DNA of 64,000 nt from an uncultured Phycisphaerales bacterium (GCA_963772725.1 CAVYYI010000002.1:256001-320000); one strand, 5' to 3'; numbered from the stretch's first letter, positions 8,858-21,282 are shown. Notes: generated from the letters alone by a model not told the origin. Translations and numbers: made by a program.

Positions 8858-11257
8858 ATGGCAAAATCCTCATCGAAAAAATCGCTGGTAATAGTAGAAT
8901 CGCCTGCAAAGTCGAAAACGATAAATAAGTATCTCGGCTCGGCGTTTGAAGTAATGGCGTCAATGGGTCATATACGCGACCTGCCCTCCAAAGGGCTAAA
9001 CGTTGACATTGAAAACAACTTTGCGCCAACTTATGAGATAATGCCAGGCAAGAAGCGTGTGGTAACAAGTCTCAAGGCTGCGGCGAAAAATTGTGACAGG
9101 CTTTTTTTGGCGACTGACCTTGACCGGGAGGGCGAGGCAATCGCGTGGCATCTCGCCGAGATACTGGGCGTGCCTGAAGAAAAAATTTATCGCGTGATTT
9201 TCAACGCAATAACAAAACAGGCAATAGAGAAGGCATTTTCTGAGCCGGGCAAACTCGATATTGACAAGGTTTACGCTCAGCAGGCCAGACGAATCCTCGA
9301 CAGAATTGTAGGCTACCAGATAAGCCCGCTATTGTGGAAGAAAGTTACCAAGGGCTTGTCCGCGGGCAGAGTGCAATCTGTAACAGTAAAATTAGTAGTA
9401 GAACGTGAAAGAGAAATACGCAATTTCAAGCCCGTTGAATACTGGTTGGTACCGGGGGTATTCACAACCGACGTGCAAGCCAATTATATTCAACAGTGGG
9501 CTGGCTTTATGGTTTGCAAGAACAGCAACGAAGGCGGACCTACAATTTCTGAACAGAATAAATGGCTGTCGGAGCATAACAGCTTCAAAGCGGAACTAAG
9601 TAAAATCGGAGATGAGAAATTCGAGGCGTCGAACAAGGAACAGGCCGAGCGAGTCTATAACGCGTTAAATGGCGCGGAATTTAAGATAGCCGGCCTTGAA
9701 ACAAAAGAATCATCGTCGCGCCCTCTGCCGCCGTTTATAACGTCCACATTGCAGCAGGCCGCCGCGAACCGGCTGGGATTTTCAACAAAGAGAACGATGA
9801 AAATCGCTCAGGAATTGTATGAAGGTGTGGACCTTGGGTCGATGGGTTCCCTGGGCTTGATTACCTATATGAGAACTGACAGCACGCATCTTTCTTCGGA
9901 GGCGTTAACAGAGGCACGCAGTTACATCGAGAAAAATTTCGGAGGGCAGTATCTCCCTGAAAGCGCCAATTTTTACGCATCGAAGCAGCATGCTCAGGAG
10001 GCTCACGAGGCGATTCGCGTTACAGACCCTGACCTGACGCCGGCGGATATAAAATCGTTTTTGAGCGATGAACAGTATAAGCTTTACGATTTGATATGGC
10101 GGCGATTCATAGCGTGCCAGATGTCCGCGGCAAGATGGAATGTTACGAATGTTAATATATCAGCAGAGACAACAATCGGGCGATGCTGGTATCGAACAAG
10201 CGGCAGAGCGATGATATTCGACGGCTTTACGAAGGTTTGGTTCACATCTTCAGAACAACAGGAGCTGCCTTCGATGAAAGTCGGACAACCTCTGGGAGTT
10301 GTGGATATGCACGCGGAGCAGCATTTTACCAAGCCCCCTGCTCGATACAACGAGGCATCGCTTGTAAAGGCACTGGAAAAAGAAGGCATCGGGCGACCAA
10401 GCACTTACGCTTCGATAATAAGCACGATACAGGACCGCGGTTATGTCGAGCAAAGAGATAAAAAGTTATACGCCACCGACTTAGGGGAGATAGTAACCGA
10501 TAAGCTCAATGAGTATTTTCCAAGGGTAATGGATGTCGCATTTACGCGTCACATGGAAGAGCAGCTCGATAAAATTGAGGAGCAGCATCTCGACTGGATA
10601 AAAGTTCTGGAGGAATTTTACGGACCGTTCAAAGAAAACCTTGATAAGGCATCTGAAGAGATGAAGCACGCCAAAGCGGAGCTGACACCGAGCGAGTATA
10701 AGTGTCCGAAATGCGGCAAGAGTTTGGTTTACAGGTTTGGCAAAAACGGGAAATTTTTAAGCTGTTCGGGTTACCCGGAGTGCAAATTCGCCAGTCCGTG
10801 CGATAAGGAAGGGAAAATAAGCCAGGACAAAGTAAGTGAACATAAATGTCCCAATTGCGGCAAGCCTATGCTTGAAAAAAGGGGCAGGTTCGGCACATTT
10901 TTGGGCTGTTCAGATTACCCGAATTGTAAAACGATAGTTCGCATAGATAAGCAAGGGAACATAATGCCGCCTAAGCCCCCTGCCGAACCAACAGGTATAA
11001 AATGCTACAAATGCAAAAGCGGAGAACTGGTAATTCGCCAAAGCAAAAAGGGGCCGTTCCTTGGCTGCAATAAATTTCCGCGATGCAGAACAATAGTCAA
11101 TATAAGCAACATTGACAAATTAAAACAACTTCAGTCAGAAGGCAAATGGCCCGCCAAAAATGAAGATGAAGTCAACACAATCCTGGGGAAAAGTGATAAA
11201 GCCAAAGGTACGGGGCGGGTTTCCAAAAAAAAGAATGAAAAGATAAACGAGCGTTAA
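8858..11257 (+). CDS. topA: DNA topoisomerase I with C-terminal Zn ribbons
   Basis: LVIVESPAK, ATDLDREGE, SAGRVQS, ITYMRTDS, GIGRPSTY, three C4 zinc-finger repeats. Confidence 0.98.
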   Translation: MAKSSSKKSLVIVESPAKSKTINKYLGSAFEVMASMGHIRDLPSKGLNVDIENNFAPTYEIMPGKKRVVTSLKAAAKNCDRLFLATDLDREGEAIAWHLAEILGVPEEKIYRVIFNAITKQAIEKAFSEPGKLDIDKVYAQQARRILDRIVGYQISPLLWKKVTKGLSAGRVQSVTVKLVVEREREIRNFKPVEYWLVPGVFTTDVQANYIQQWAGFMVCKNSNEGGPTISEQNKWLSEHNSFKAELSKIGDEKFEASNKEQAERVYNALNGAEFKIAGLETKESSSRPLPPFITSTLQQAAANRLGFSTKRTMKIAQELYEGVDLGSMGSLGLITYMRTDSTHLSSEALTEARSYIEKNFGGQYLPESANFYASKQHAQEAHEAIRVTDPDLTPADIKSFLSDEQYKLYDLIWRRFIACQMSAARWNVTNVNISAETTIGRCWYRTSGRAMIFDGFTKVWFTSSEQQELPSMKVGQPLGVVDMHAEQHFTKPPARYNEASLVKALEKEGIGRPSTYASIISTIQDRGYVEQRDKKLYATDLGEIVTDKLNEYFPRVMDVAFTRHMEEQLDKIEEQHLDWIKVLEEFYGPFKENLDKASEEMKHAKAELTPSEYKCPKCGKSLVYRFGKNGKFLSCSGYPECKFASPCDKEGKISQDKVSEHKCPNCGKPMLEKRGRFGTFLGCSDYPNCKTIVRIDKQGNIMPPKPPAEPTGIKCYKCKSGELVIRQSKKGPFLGCNKFPRCRTIVNISNIDKLKQLQSEGKWPAKNEDEVNTILGKSDKAKGTGRVSKKKNEKINER

Positions 11258-11262
11258 AAATC

Positions 11263-11298
11263 GAAAAGCTGGAAGGCGGGGCAGCCATCCAGCTTTTC
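11263..11298. terminator. bidirectional hairpin terminator between convergent topA and PEP-CTERM genes
   Basis: GAAAAGCTGGA...TCCAGCTTTTC. Confidence 0.65.
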
Positions 11299-11400
11299 TA
11301 TGAGTTTTGCCATAAATACATTATGGCTCTGGGGAGGATAATTTCAAATTTTACAAGTTACAAACCATCTTTCGGTATATCCCATGAAATATTACAATAA

Positions 11401-11980
11401 TTACTTTTTGTCTCTGCCCCGAGCGGCAATGAAACCACCCAGAATCAAAATGAGCGCAGTAGCCGGCTCCGGAACAGGGACAGGAAAATCATCGTCTGTA
11501 GGGATTTCGGGAATATTTTGTCCCCCGCCGCCGCTACCACTATCACCACCACCGCCGCCACCCAAAGCTCCCCCGCCGGCATAACCAGGACTTGGAATCA
11601 GACCACCACTTGGCTGGCTGGTTATCAAATCTGACGCTTCAAGGTAGTCATATTGCACCCGCGAATACCGCTATTATAATCTTAGGATTGTCCGCATAAG
11701 CGGTCGTATTATTGGCCGTCGGGTCCGCCACGTCGCCGAGCCAGTAAACAAACTGATAGCCTGGTTTTGGAACAGCGGTCAAGGCAATCTGGCTATTAGT
11801 CCCAATTTCGTGAACTCCTATACCCGGAGTAACCGAGCCGCCATTAGCTGGTGTTTGCTGAACTAAAACAGCGATATTACCCGCTGTGCAATAATTTGTG
11901 ACAGATAATCCTATGACAAGAATAGCCGCCGCAAAAATCAGGCTTTGCCGTTCGACAAATAATCCCTTTTTACTTTTCAC
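11401..11980 (-). CDS. PEP-CTERM protein with InlB B-repeat-like domain and Gly-rich linker; frameshift near 11663
   Basis: signal peptide, LTAVPKPGYQFVYW..IIAVF in one frame; QYDYL..VPVPEPATALILILGG..RGRDKK in the other. Confidence 0.8.
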
Positions 11981-12139
11981 CGCATTACCCTCCAGGTACA
12001 ATTACCCATTAAAACTCATATTTTTCATACCCCTGTGTTACTACCAAGCAATAATATCAGTAACACAAACCATCTTAATTTACTCTTAACAGACCACATC
12101 TTCGGCGTATTGCCCCATACGTCGAATGAGCAATAAGTA

Positions 12140-12862
12140 TTATTTCTTCTGTTGAGTCAGAGTTTCACTTTTTGCACTTGGTACTGTGTTTGAGTTTTCT
12201 ACCCCGTTAGATGGACTGGTATTGGCAGAATAATCCCGAGATTTTCTGCGCCGAAATAACAAAACCGAACTTCCCAAGCCCATCAGCGCCATAGTAGCAG
12301 GCTCAGGATTAGGTACAGGTGCTTCATCATCAGGGGTTTTTTCCAATGTATAGGCGCCTACAACCCAATCATAATCGCTTCTCAGCAGCAAGAACCACGA
12401 AGAGCCTTCGGCAATTAATGCGCCATTCTCAAATTCCCATACCGCCCTTGTAGATGAGGGATTAAGATAGTTATCTTTCGGGCTTACGGACGAGCCGGTG
12501 CCGTCGTCATGCGCACCAATATTCGCACCGGAAGCAACCGCCTCGTTGTTAAGACCGAATATCGCAAAATACTCAACCGGATTAGTGCTTATATTATCTG
12601 AGAATATCTGATAAGCATAAACAAACCTGCCCGTACCAGGAGCATCAAAGCCGTCTGTACCAACAAATTCATCGGGATTTGCAACGGTATCATAAACAGC
12701 AAAATCAATTCGTCCGCTTATATTACCCGCAGCTGTCGGAACAGAATAATGCGAAACACCCTGATAATGGGAGCTATACGGCAAAAGCTCCGTTGTCGTC
12801 GCGGTCGCGTCGTTTATCATAAAAGCAGCGGCAATCAACACACTCAGCAATATCATCCTCAT
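12140..12862 (-). CDS. PEP-CTERM protein with extended C-terminal tail
   Basis: signal peptide MRMILLSV; VPNPEPATMALMGLG..FRRRK. Confidence 0.88.
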   Translation of the reverse strand: MRMILLSVLIAAAFMINDATATTTELLPYSSHYQGVSHYSVPTAAGNISGRIDFAVYDTVANPDEFVGTDGFDAPGTGRFVYAYQIFSDNISTNPVEYFAIFGLNNEAVASGANIGAHDDGTGSSVSPKDNYLNPSSTRAVWEFENGALIAEGSSWFLLLRSDYDWVVGAYTLEKTPDDEAPVPNPEPATMALMGLGSSVLLFRRRKSRDYSANTSPSNGVENSNTVPSAKSETLTQQKK

Positions 12863-12956
12863 TTTCCAACCACCTTTCAAAAAGCTAAAAACATTCCATT
12901 TCAAGTCTTTTAGCTAAAGACAAGTTTTCTTTCATCACCCTTAAAAAATATATTTT

Positions 12957-13556
12957 TCAGACCTTTTTTCGTCTGCGAATCAGCGCAGCCAGGCCTCCTG
13001 CCGCAAGCAGTGAAATTGTTGCAGGCTCCGGCACCGGTGTAAGTAATCCACTTAAGTGAGTCGGACCAGTGCTCGCAGTCACACCCGCATAATTCGGAAT
13101 TCCAATGGAATCAAAACCAAACAATCCGCCACTACCGTAAGTGTAGCTGTAATTACTTGCAAACCACAGAACCGCAGAGCTCGCGTTATACGCAATAGGA
13201 CTGGTGAACGACCCGTTTGCGCTAATCATAGTATTAACAACGCCCCAGTAAGCGGAATTCACTCCGCCGCCGGCATCACTTAAAGAATCGACATTAGCTC
13301 CGCTTTTCAACTCAACAGAAAAGAAACTGATTCCAATAGTTGAGTGATTATTTATTTGATAGGTGTACACATACCTGCCGGCAAAATCACCGGAAGCGTA
13401 TCCATAAACATTACACACAACATCAGCAGTTCCACTTGCACCAAGGTTAAAAGTTTCAGTATGGGCAGCCTGAAGCGTCCCGCCAACCGGTACAGGAGTC
13501 GCAACAGCACTACCAACAAGAATTGTCATAATCAGCAAACCCACTAATCTCCGCAT
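12957..13556 (-). CDS. PEP-CTERM protein
   Basis: SD AAGGAG, MRRLVGLL signal peptide; PVPEPATISLLAAGGLAALIRRRKKV. Confidence 0.9.
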   Translation of the reverse strand: MRRLVGLLIMTILVGSAVATPVPVGGTLQAAHTETFNLGASGTADVVCNVYGYASGDFAGRYVYTYQINNHSTIGISFFSVELKSGANVDSLSDAGGGVNSAYWGVVNTMISANGSFTSPIAYNASSAVLWFASNYSYTYGSGGLFGFDSIGIPNYAGVTASTGPTHLSGLLTPVPEPATISLLAAGGLAALIRRRKKV

Positions 13557-14356
13557 TTTGTATCTCCTTAAAATAAATCCTTTCCACGTAATTCCTTTAC
13601 AGTTCGCATTAATTACTCTTAGCCCCAAAACTCAATTTCATTACTGTTTTTGTGTTTAACAGCCGCCCTGCTCAGTTACACATGCCATAACAAAAGACAG
13701 AGCCGCAGTTAACAACACAAAAAGAATATTTTTTGCCCTGTTAATCATAAACCTTAATGCCTTCATTTAATGACCCATAAGCACGCTCAAGCCCACTGCC
13801 ATGCGCAGACCATCACCGCAATATTATTATTTGAGTTTCCTGCTTAATGAGTCTTCCTCCGCCCCTATCAAACAACGGCGGCATCACTGCCTTTAGATTG
13901 TTTCTGCACATCCCGCACTTTTCCCGAATGCGAAACATGCAGAAACACTATCTCTGAGCTTTCTTTACCCCAAGCAATTAATTCATCACACATCCAGCAA
14001 AAAGTTACAAAAGAAGCAAAAAGCCTTGTCGAAAAATAAACAGATCTAAACTTCCTACTGTGAGTTTTCTTTTCAGCCCCCAAGCTGATATGCGTATTAA
14101 ACCATATTTATATTCAAATGTCAAGTGCTTTTTTAAGATTTTTAAAAAAAATTTCGCGATGCAAAATTACAAATCCCGCCGCATTAAAAAAAACACGGCA
14201 AAACACCGTTAAAAAGCACTTATCATCCTATATTATAGGGCGATAAATATATTGAGTTTTTTCAAAAAACAGCCTATTAAGAACAATCTATGCCCTAATT
14301 ATTCTATAATTTTCGGCAAAATTTCACTTTGCGAATTGCTCTATCCGATACGAGTA

Positions 14357-15579
14357 TTATGGTTTTCTGGCTATTTTTCTTATAGGTCTATCCTGAACAA
14401 AACGGCTTATATTCCTGATAGCCTGCTTAAGCCTCAGTTCATTCTCGACAAGCGCTACTCGGACATACCCTTCGCCGTTTTCGCCAAAAGCCCTTCCCGG
14501 AGAGAGGGAAACTTCGGCATATTCCATCAAATCCATAGCATATTCAATAGTTCCTTTGCCTTTGAGATGCTCTTTTGGTATTTTTGCCCAGACAAACATT
14601 GATGCGCGTGGTTTTTCGACTTCCCAGCCGATTTTCGCAAGGCCTTTGCAGAGTACATCGCGTCTGGCCTGATAAATCTTATTTTGAGCAATCATATCAG
14701 CTTCACAATGGCGAAGGGCTATTATGCTGGCAATTTGAACCGCCTGGAAGATACCGTAATCATAATAACCTTTAACCGTAGCGAGGTATTCAATCATTTT
14801 TTTATTTCCAGCGGCAAATCCGACCCTGAAACCTGCCATATTATAGGGCTTGCTCATAGTAATAAATTCAACGCCGACATCTTTACGCGCCTTTGACGGA
14901 GAGAAAACTTGGCGCCTCATAACCGTCAAAGCAGGTTTCTCCGTAAGCAAAATCATGTATAATGGCGATACCAAAACGCTTTGCCAGCTCGACCACCGGC
15001 TCAAAAAAACCGCTATCGACAGTCATCGCGGTTGGATTGTGCGGGTAATTAAGGATGAGCAATTTGGGCTTTGGGAAAATATGTTCGCAAACGTTTGCGA
15101 TAGTTTTAAGAAACTTCTCGTCATTTCCGAGAGGAACTGTTATTACGTTTGCTGCCGGCCAAAACAACCCCATAATTATGGATTGGAAAGGCCGGGTCGG
15201 GAACAATAGCCGTATCGCCTGGGCCAAGCATAGCCAGACATATATGACTGAAGCCCTCTTTTGAGCCGAGACAAGCCAGCACCTCGGTATTGGGATCCAG
15301 TTCGACATTCCATTTGCGTGCGTATTTTTTAGCTACTTCTTTACGAAGATTAAGAATGCCCTTGGAGGCGCTATAACGATGGTTTCTGGGGTCTCTGGCA
15401 GCTTCGCAAAGTTTATCTACCACAATTTTCGGGGCAGGGTCGGTAGGATTGCCCATCGCCAAATCGATAATATCGGCACCAGCCTGACGTTTTGCCAATT
15501 TTAGAGCATTTAACCTTGCAAAAAGGTACGGCGGCAGCCGGGTAATTCTTTGAGCCGGTTCTATTTGAAAATCTGTCAT
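14357..15579 (-). CDS. class I/II PLP aminotransferase (AlaC/LL-DAP-AT-like); frameshifts near 15152 and 14885
   Basis: [43 protein letters not shown] spread over three frames. Confidence 0.88.
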
Positions 15580-15912
15580 TTCGTATATCCTGTAAAATTA
15601 TATTAAATCCTTTTTATACAATCGGACAGTTTACACCGATTTGATGAATTTTCAAATCATTTTATTTATGAAAACATTTGACAGGGTTGTACGCGTGGAC
15701 AAGGAATTTTTGAATAGAATTCTAATCTTTAACGAAGGTACATTATAAAGATAACCCTTAGGAGAGTATCTAATCAAGATTAAGGAATTTCCCTATTTGT
15801 TTTACCTTCAGTTGAAATTAGGATAGATAACATCAATGAAGTTAATTCATTGTTTTATATAAAAGTTTTGGTTTTACAGAAATGTTGGTATTCAAGTAAA
15901 AGGAGAAAATGT

Positions 15913-18166
15913 ATGAAGAATGATAATTTAAGAGCAGTGTTATTTGTCGCGTTAGTGCTTATCGGCATCACAGTACAAACACAGGCGGTGCAGACCCCAT
16001 TGGCTGGCAATGCGATTCCACAATTTGTGGATCCGCTGCCAACGCTCAGCTTGGCGGGAGGCCCTATTGATACCATTGTCGCTGGCGGCGGCGAAATAGA
16101 ACTACACATGCGCGAGTTCAAGGCCAACGTAATGCCGTCCACTTTTGTCCCTGCGACGGGACCGGGTACATATATGGGAACCTGGGTCTTTGGGTACATC
16201 AACGGGCCGACGCCCCCCGCAACTACTCGCGGTACCTACACCGGCCCTGTTATCGTGGCAACTCGCAATGTCCCAACGCAAATCAGATTCGTCAACGATT
16301 TGGGCAATACCGCCACGACTAACGTATCACTGTGGAAAGAAACAATCGATGGTGCTACCGACCAGACGCTTCACTGGGCTGACCCGCTAAATGGAGAAGA
16401 GAACATGTGTAATCACATGATAATGCCGATGATGCTCCCGACGATGGGCTGCGACCAGCACTACGCCGGGCCAATTCCCGCAGTTCCGCATCTGCACGGC
16501 GGATATGTACCTCCGACACTTGATGGCGGCCCGGACGCATGGTTTACCAGTGATGGTGTTTATCACGGCCATGGGTACTATACCCATCCTAACGTGCCGG
16601 CTGATGGCAATGAGTGCGTCTATCGTTATCCCAACTTCCAGGAGGCTGCACCTGTATGGTTTCACGATCACCTCCTTGGCGGCACACGAATCAATGTTTA
16701 CTGCGGGCTGGCGGGCGGCTATGTCATCGTAGACCCAAACCTGACATTGCCTGCAGGGCTTACATCTGTGGGATTGGGTACTGATCTGCTCATCCCGCTG
16801 GTAATCCAGGACCGCATGTTCGACATCAATGGTCAGCTCTTCTTCCCGAATATCGGCATCAATCCCGAGCATCCGTACTGGATTCCGGAGTTCTTAGGCG
16901 ACACTATTTGTGTGAACGGCAAGGTATGGCCGTTCCTGAGCGTTCAGGCCAAGCGATACCGATTCTTGATCATTAACGGTTCGAACGCCCGGCCATATGA
17001 GTTGTTCCTGATAAACCAGGCAACGGGTATCATGGGCCCGCCCATTTGGCAGATCGGTACCGACGGCGGTTACCTTAATACGCCTGTCAAGATTGATCCG
17101 GCCCTTAAACAGAAGCTGGTGCTTCTGCCTGGCGAACGTGCTGATATCATCGTTGACTTTACCGGACGCCAGGGCCAGACCCTGCTTCTGCGCAACACGG
17201 CCAAAGCTCCATATCCCGGGGGAGCCCCTGTCAACGGAAACACCACGGGCAAGATCATGCAGTTCCGCGTTATACCGGCGGTGGGTGCGGATACTGGTTA
17301 CAACCCGGCTACGCTGGCGCCAATCAGGACCGGAACGCAGACAATCAAACCGCTGGTCAACTTCCCCGCCGGCACACTGGGCGCGAATGTGACGGTAGCA
17401 AATAACCGGCAAATGACGCTCAACGAGGTCATGGGGATGGCGGTCAAGGTAGGCGGGGTCAAGTATCCAGGCGGACCGCTGGAGATACTGGTCAACAATA
17501 CCAAGTGGAGCGGCGAGCAGTCAGACGGCGGCGTTACGCGCGGACTTCACGCCGATTCCACTCAATGGGATCACAACCTATTACTCCGAACTTCCGCAAG
17601 AAGGCACCACCGAGGTCTGGGAGATAATCAATCTCACTGCCGACACGCACCCGATGCATACCCACCTGGTGCAGTGCCAGCTCCTGAACCGGCAGACGTT
17701 TAATGTTAAGAACTACACCGCGGCGTATAACGGGGCGTTCCTAGGGTCGACTACCATCATCGACCCCGCCACCGGTCTGCCGTATGCGCCTGGCAAGTAC
17801 ATCCCCGGATTCGGCCCGCCTCTGGACTACAACACGGGTAATCCGAACGCTTTAGGAGGCAATCCGGATATAACGGCGTTCCTGACAGGTCTGCCAATCC
17901 CGCCGGCGACCAACGAGGCTGGCTGGAAGGACACTATGCAGTGTCCGCCTGGAATGGTCACGCGGTTTGTGGCTCGCTTTGCCCCACAGGACAAAGACAT
18001 AACTGCAACTGACTTGAATTTCCAGTTCGACCCATTTGCGCTCGGGTACGGGTACGTCTGGCACTGCCACATAGTTGACCACGAGGACAATGAGATGATG
18101 CGGCCATACGCGGTTGATCCCAACAACAGCGCAATTAGGACTTACGTTCAGGGCATAGACTATTGA
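15913..18166 (+). CDS. secreted multicopper oxidase (CotA/bilirubin oxidase-like); frameshift near 17540
   Basis: HLHG, WFHDH, HPMHTH and WHCHIVDHEDNEMM copper motifs; SD AGGAG; signal peptide. Confidence 0.92.
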
Positions 18167-18206
18167 GTTGATGCCATAAATCACTTTGTCAAAAGTTTGT
18201 GAAAGT

Positions 18207-18239
18207 ATAAAGGGGTCGCTCTTGGAGCGACCCCTTTAT
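18207..18239. terminator. bidirectional intrinsic terminator
   Basis: ATAAAGGGGTCGCTC-TTG-GAGCGACCCCTTTAT, a perfect 15 bp stem between convergent genes. Confidence 0.85.
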
Positions 18240-18289
18240 CAATAACAGGTAAATTTAATAGCCTGAATTAAATAATTTATGGGGCGGAT

Positions 18290-19483
18290 TTAATGAGAGA
18301 CTACGCTTGAAATTTTAAATACAGGCATGAGCATGGCAATGGCAATAGTTCCGATGATAGTACCGAGGGCTGTTATCATCAGCGGTTCGATGAGAGTCAT
18401 AACACTTTTAATCGAGCCTTCGAGTTTTTTTTCATAAAAAATTGAAATCTTATCACTGACATCGCCGAGTTTACCGCCCTTTTCACCGGCCTTAAACATC
18501 TGCAGGATTCCGGGAGCGATTAAGTTACGATTTGAGGAAACACGAATAGCCTCAGACAACTGAAGACCGTCGCGAATTTTTTTGTCCACTTCGGCCCAGA
18601 GACTTTTAAAGTAATAATTGTCGGTGGAGTTTTGTATTACCTCGATGGTATCGAGGATGCTTACGCCGGTATTTAGCATTGTTGACATGATTCGCATGCT
18701 GCGCGTAATCACCAAATCAATAAACATAGTTCCAACAACCGGCAGGCGTATTTTGATAAGGTCTATCACTTTTCGCCCATTTGACGACCCCATCCATGAA
18801 TATACAACCATCGCGATAACCATAAGTATTGTCATCGCAACAGTCATTGACTTTGCATCACCGAGAAACCTGCTGAGGTTAACCAAAGCCTGGGTCAGAG
18901 CAGGTAAAGCGACTTCCCTGGATTCGTAGATTTTGATAAATCTCGGTAAAACGAAAAGCATCATTACAGCGACAGCGACAACGGCCATCACCGCCATTAT
19001 TATGGGGTATGTCAAGGCGCTTTTAACTTTCTTTCGCGTTTCGTATTCGAAGTTCAGATAGCCGCTAAGAATGTTGAGCATATCTGACATTCTGCCGGAC
19101 ATTTCCGAAGCTTTGACCATGCTGACAAACATAGTGCCAAAAACTCTTGGGAAAGAGGCCAGCGCCTTTGAAAAGCTTTCACCATTTTTGACCGAGTCGG
19201 CAACATTATTGATAATTTCGGACAAAACTGAAACGCCCTGCTTTGTTGTCATGCGCGATTCGGCAATAGAGTCAAGAGCATCGCTTAGCGCGACGCCGCT
19301 ATCGAGCATAACCGACAACTGTGTGGTGAATAATATTAAATCGGCCTGCTTCACTTTAGCGGTATAAATTCCCGGATTGCTTGAAACAGGTTTAACATTG
19401 TTAGGGAAATTTGCAGTTTTTCCCCTATCAGGTTGTTTCATAGAAATATCTTTAGTAACTGTTTTTGTCGCAAATGGGGCCAT
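18290..19483 (-). CDS. pilC: type IV pilus/T2SS inner membrane platform protein (PilC/GspF)
   Basis: FTTQLSVMLDSG, SALTYP, AGEKGGKL, LIEP. Confidence 0.9.
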   Translation of the reverse strand: MAPFATKTVTKDISMKQPDRGKTANFPNNVKPVSSNPGIYTAKVKQADLILFTTQLSVMLDSGVALSDALDSIAESRMTTKQGVSVLSEIINNVADSVKNGESFSKALASFPRVFGTMFVSMVKASEMSGRMSDMLNILSGYLNFEYETRKKVKSALTYPIIMAVMAVVAVAVMMLFVLPRFIKIYESREVALPALTQALVNLSRFLGDAKSMTVAMTILMVIAMVVYSWMGSSNGRKVIDLIKIRLPVVGTMFIDLVITRSMRIMSTMLNTGVSILDTIEVIQNSTDNYYFKSLWAEVDKKIRDGLQLSEAIRVSSNRNLIAPGILQMFKAGEKGGKLGDVSDKISIFYEKKLEGSIKSVMTLIEPLMITALGTIIGTIAIAMLMPVFKISSVVSH

Positions 19484-19509
19484 TTATACACCTCTATATT
19501 TGTCCAAGG

Positions 19510-21229
19510 CTATAAATCAGCCTGGGCGGTTCTCAATACTTCCTCGATAGAAACGATACCTGCTTTGACTTTTTCAACGCCATCCGACAATAAAGAAACC
19601 ATGCCATTTTCGATGGCCTTATCGCGTAAGTTTTTTCAGTGCTCGCTTTTTCGCTTATCATTTCGATAATTTCATCATTAGGCACAAATAACTCGTGAAT
19701 AGCAATTCGGCCGGTGTATCCCGTATTTCGGCACTTTTTACAACCTGTGCCGTGATAAAATTTATTAATCTGCCCCCCGATTTTTTCTGCTATTTACCTT
19801 AGCTGCAAGGCGGTTCATATTCAGATTTACAATTCGGGCAGACTTTACGCACCAGCCGCTGAGCCAGAACGCCGATCAGCGAAGCGCTGACCAGATAAGG
19901 AGCAACATTCAAATCCATCAGTCGCGTTACCGCTCCCGGTGCGTCATTGGTATGCAGCGTCGAAAGCACCAGATGGCCTGTCAGTGCCGCCTGAACCGCG
20001 ATATTGGCGGTGTCCTGGTCGCGGATTTCACCGACCATAACTATATCTGGGTCCTGCCTGAGCAGGCTTCTCAGAGCAGTAGAAAATTCAAATCCTGCGA
20101 TAGTATTAACCTGAAACTGATTAATATCCGGCATATTGCATTCCACCGGGTCTTCAACGGTGCAGATATTTACCTCATCGCTGTTTAATTCGGTCAAGGT
20201 GGCGTAAAGTGTTGTGTTCTTTCCCGAGCCGGTTGGCCCAGTAACCAGGATTATGCCATCGGGAGAATGTATAATTTCTCTGAACGATTGAAGATTGCCG
20301 TAAGAGAATCCAAGCGACTCAAGATTGAAAATTATTTTTTGCGGATTTATAATTCTTATCACAACTTTTTCGCCAAAAGTGGCGGGCATAACAGAAACAC
20401 GCAAATCAATAGCTCTGCCTTCCATCAAGACGTGTATGCTTCCATCCTGCGGCAGCCGCCGCTGTGCAATATCAAGTTCGGCCATAATTTTGATTCTTGA
20501 AACAAGGGCGGCATGCATCTGGTAAGGCGGTCTCATCTTTTCGTACATTCTGCCGTCAACTCTGTACCTGACACGCAGTTTTTTGTCGCCCGGCTCTATA
20601 TGAATATCACTGGCGTTTTCGCGCACGGCATTATAAAGCAGATAATTGACGAGTTTTACAACCGGGGACTGCCCCGCAATCTCTTCAAGATTACTTATGT
20701 CTTCGGCGATATTTTCTATCAGCGTAAAATCATCAAGGCTGCCGTCATCAATAATATCGTCGATAACAAAAACATTAGCGGCAGGTAAATATGTCTGGAG
20801 AGTAGCTTTTATGTCCTTGGCTGTTGCGCAAACAACCTGGACTTTGCACCCGCTTACGCGTTCTATCTCATCTATTAAAAAAACATTTGTCGGCTCGCTT
20901 ACGGCAACAGTGAGTGTATTATTGACCTTGAACAGCGGAAGAACCTGATGTTTTTCAAGAAATTCTCTGGGCAAAACCTCAAGGGCTTTCGCATCGCATA
21001 TTTTAGGACTAATCTGGGCATAGGGCACCCCATAAACTTCCGCCAAGGCCTCGGCAATCTGATTTTCGGTACAATACCCCATTTCAACCAGAAGTTCACC
21101 GAGCAGTTTACGGTGTCCCTTGCTGGCCTGTTCGGCAAGGGCATTTTCTATCTGTTCAGCAGTAACCACACCGTGAGCAATAAGCAATTGCCCAAGCTGA
21201 GTTTTATGTTCTACTGCTATTCGTCCCAT
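19510..21229 (-). CDS. pilB: PilB/GspE assembly ATPase with MshEN-like N-terminus; frameshifts near 19795 and 19632
   Basis: ASDIHIEP, GPTGSGKNT, LRQDPD, TGHLVLSTLHTN, CPNC..CKKC; tail GYTGRIAIHE..IEEVLR lies in downstream frames. Confidence 0.92.
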
Positions 21230-21282
21230 TTTTTTTCTTTCCGCGGTTTTCCTGAAATTTCAGTGAAAACGGCACATTATTT

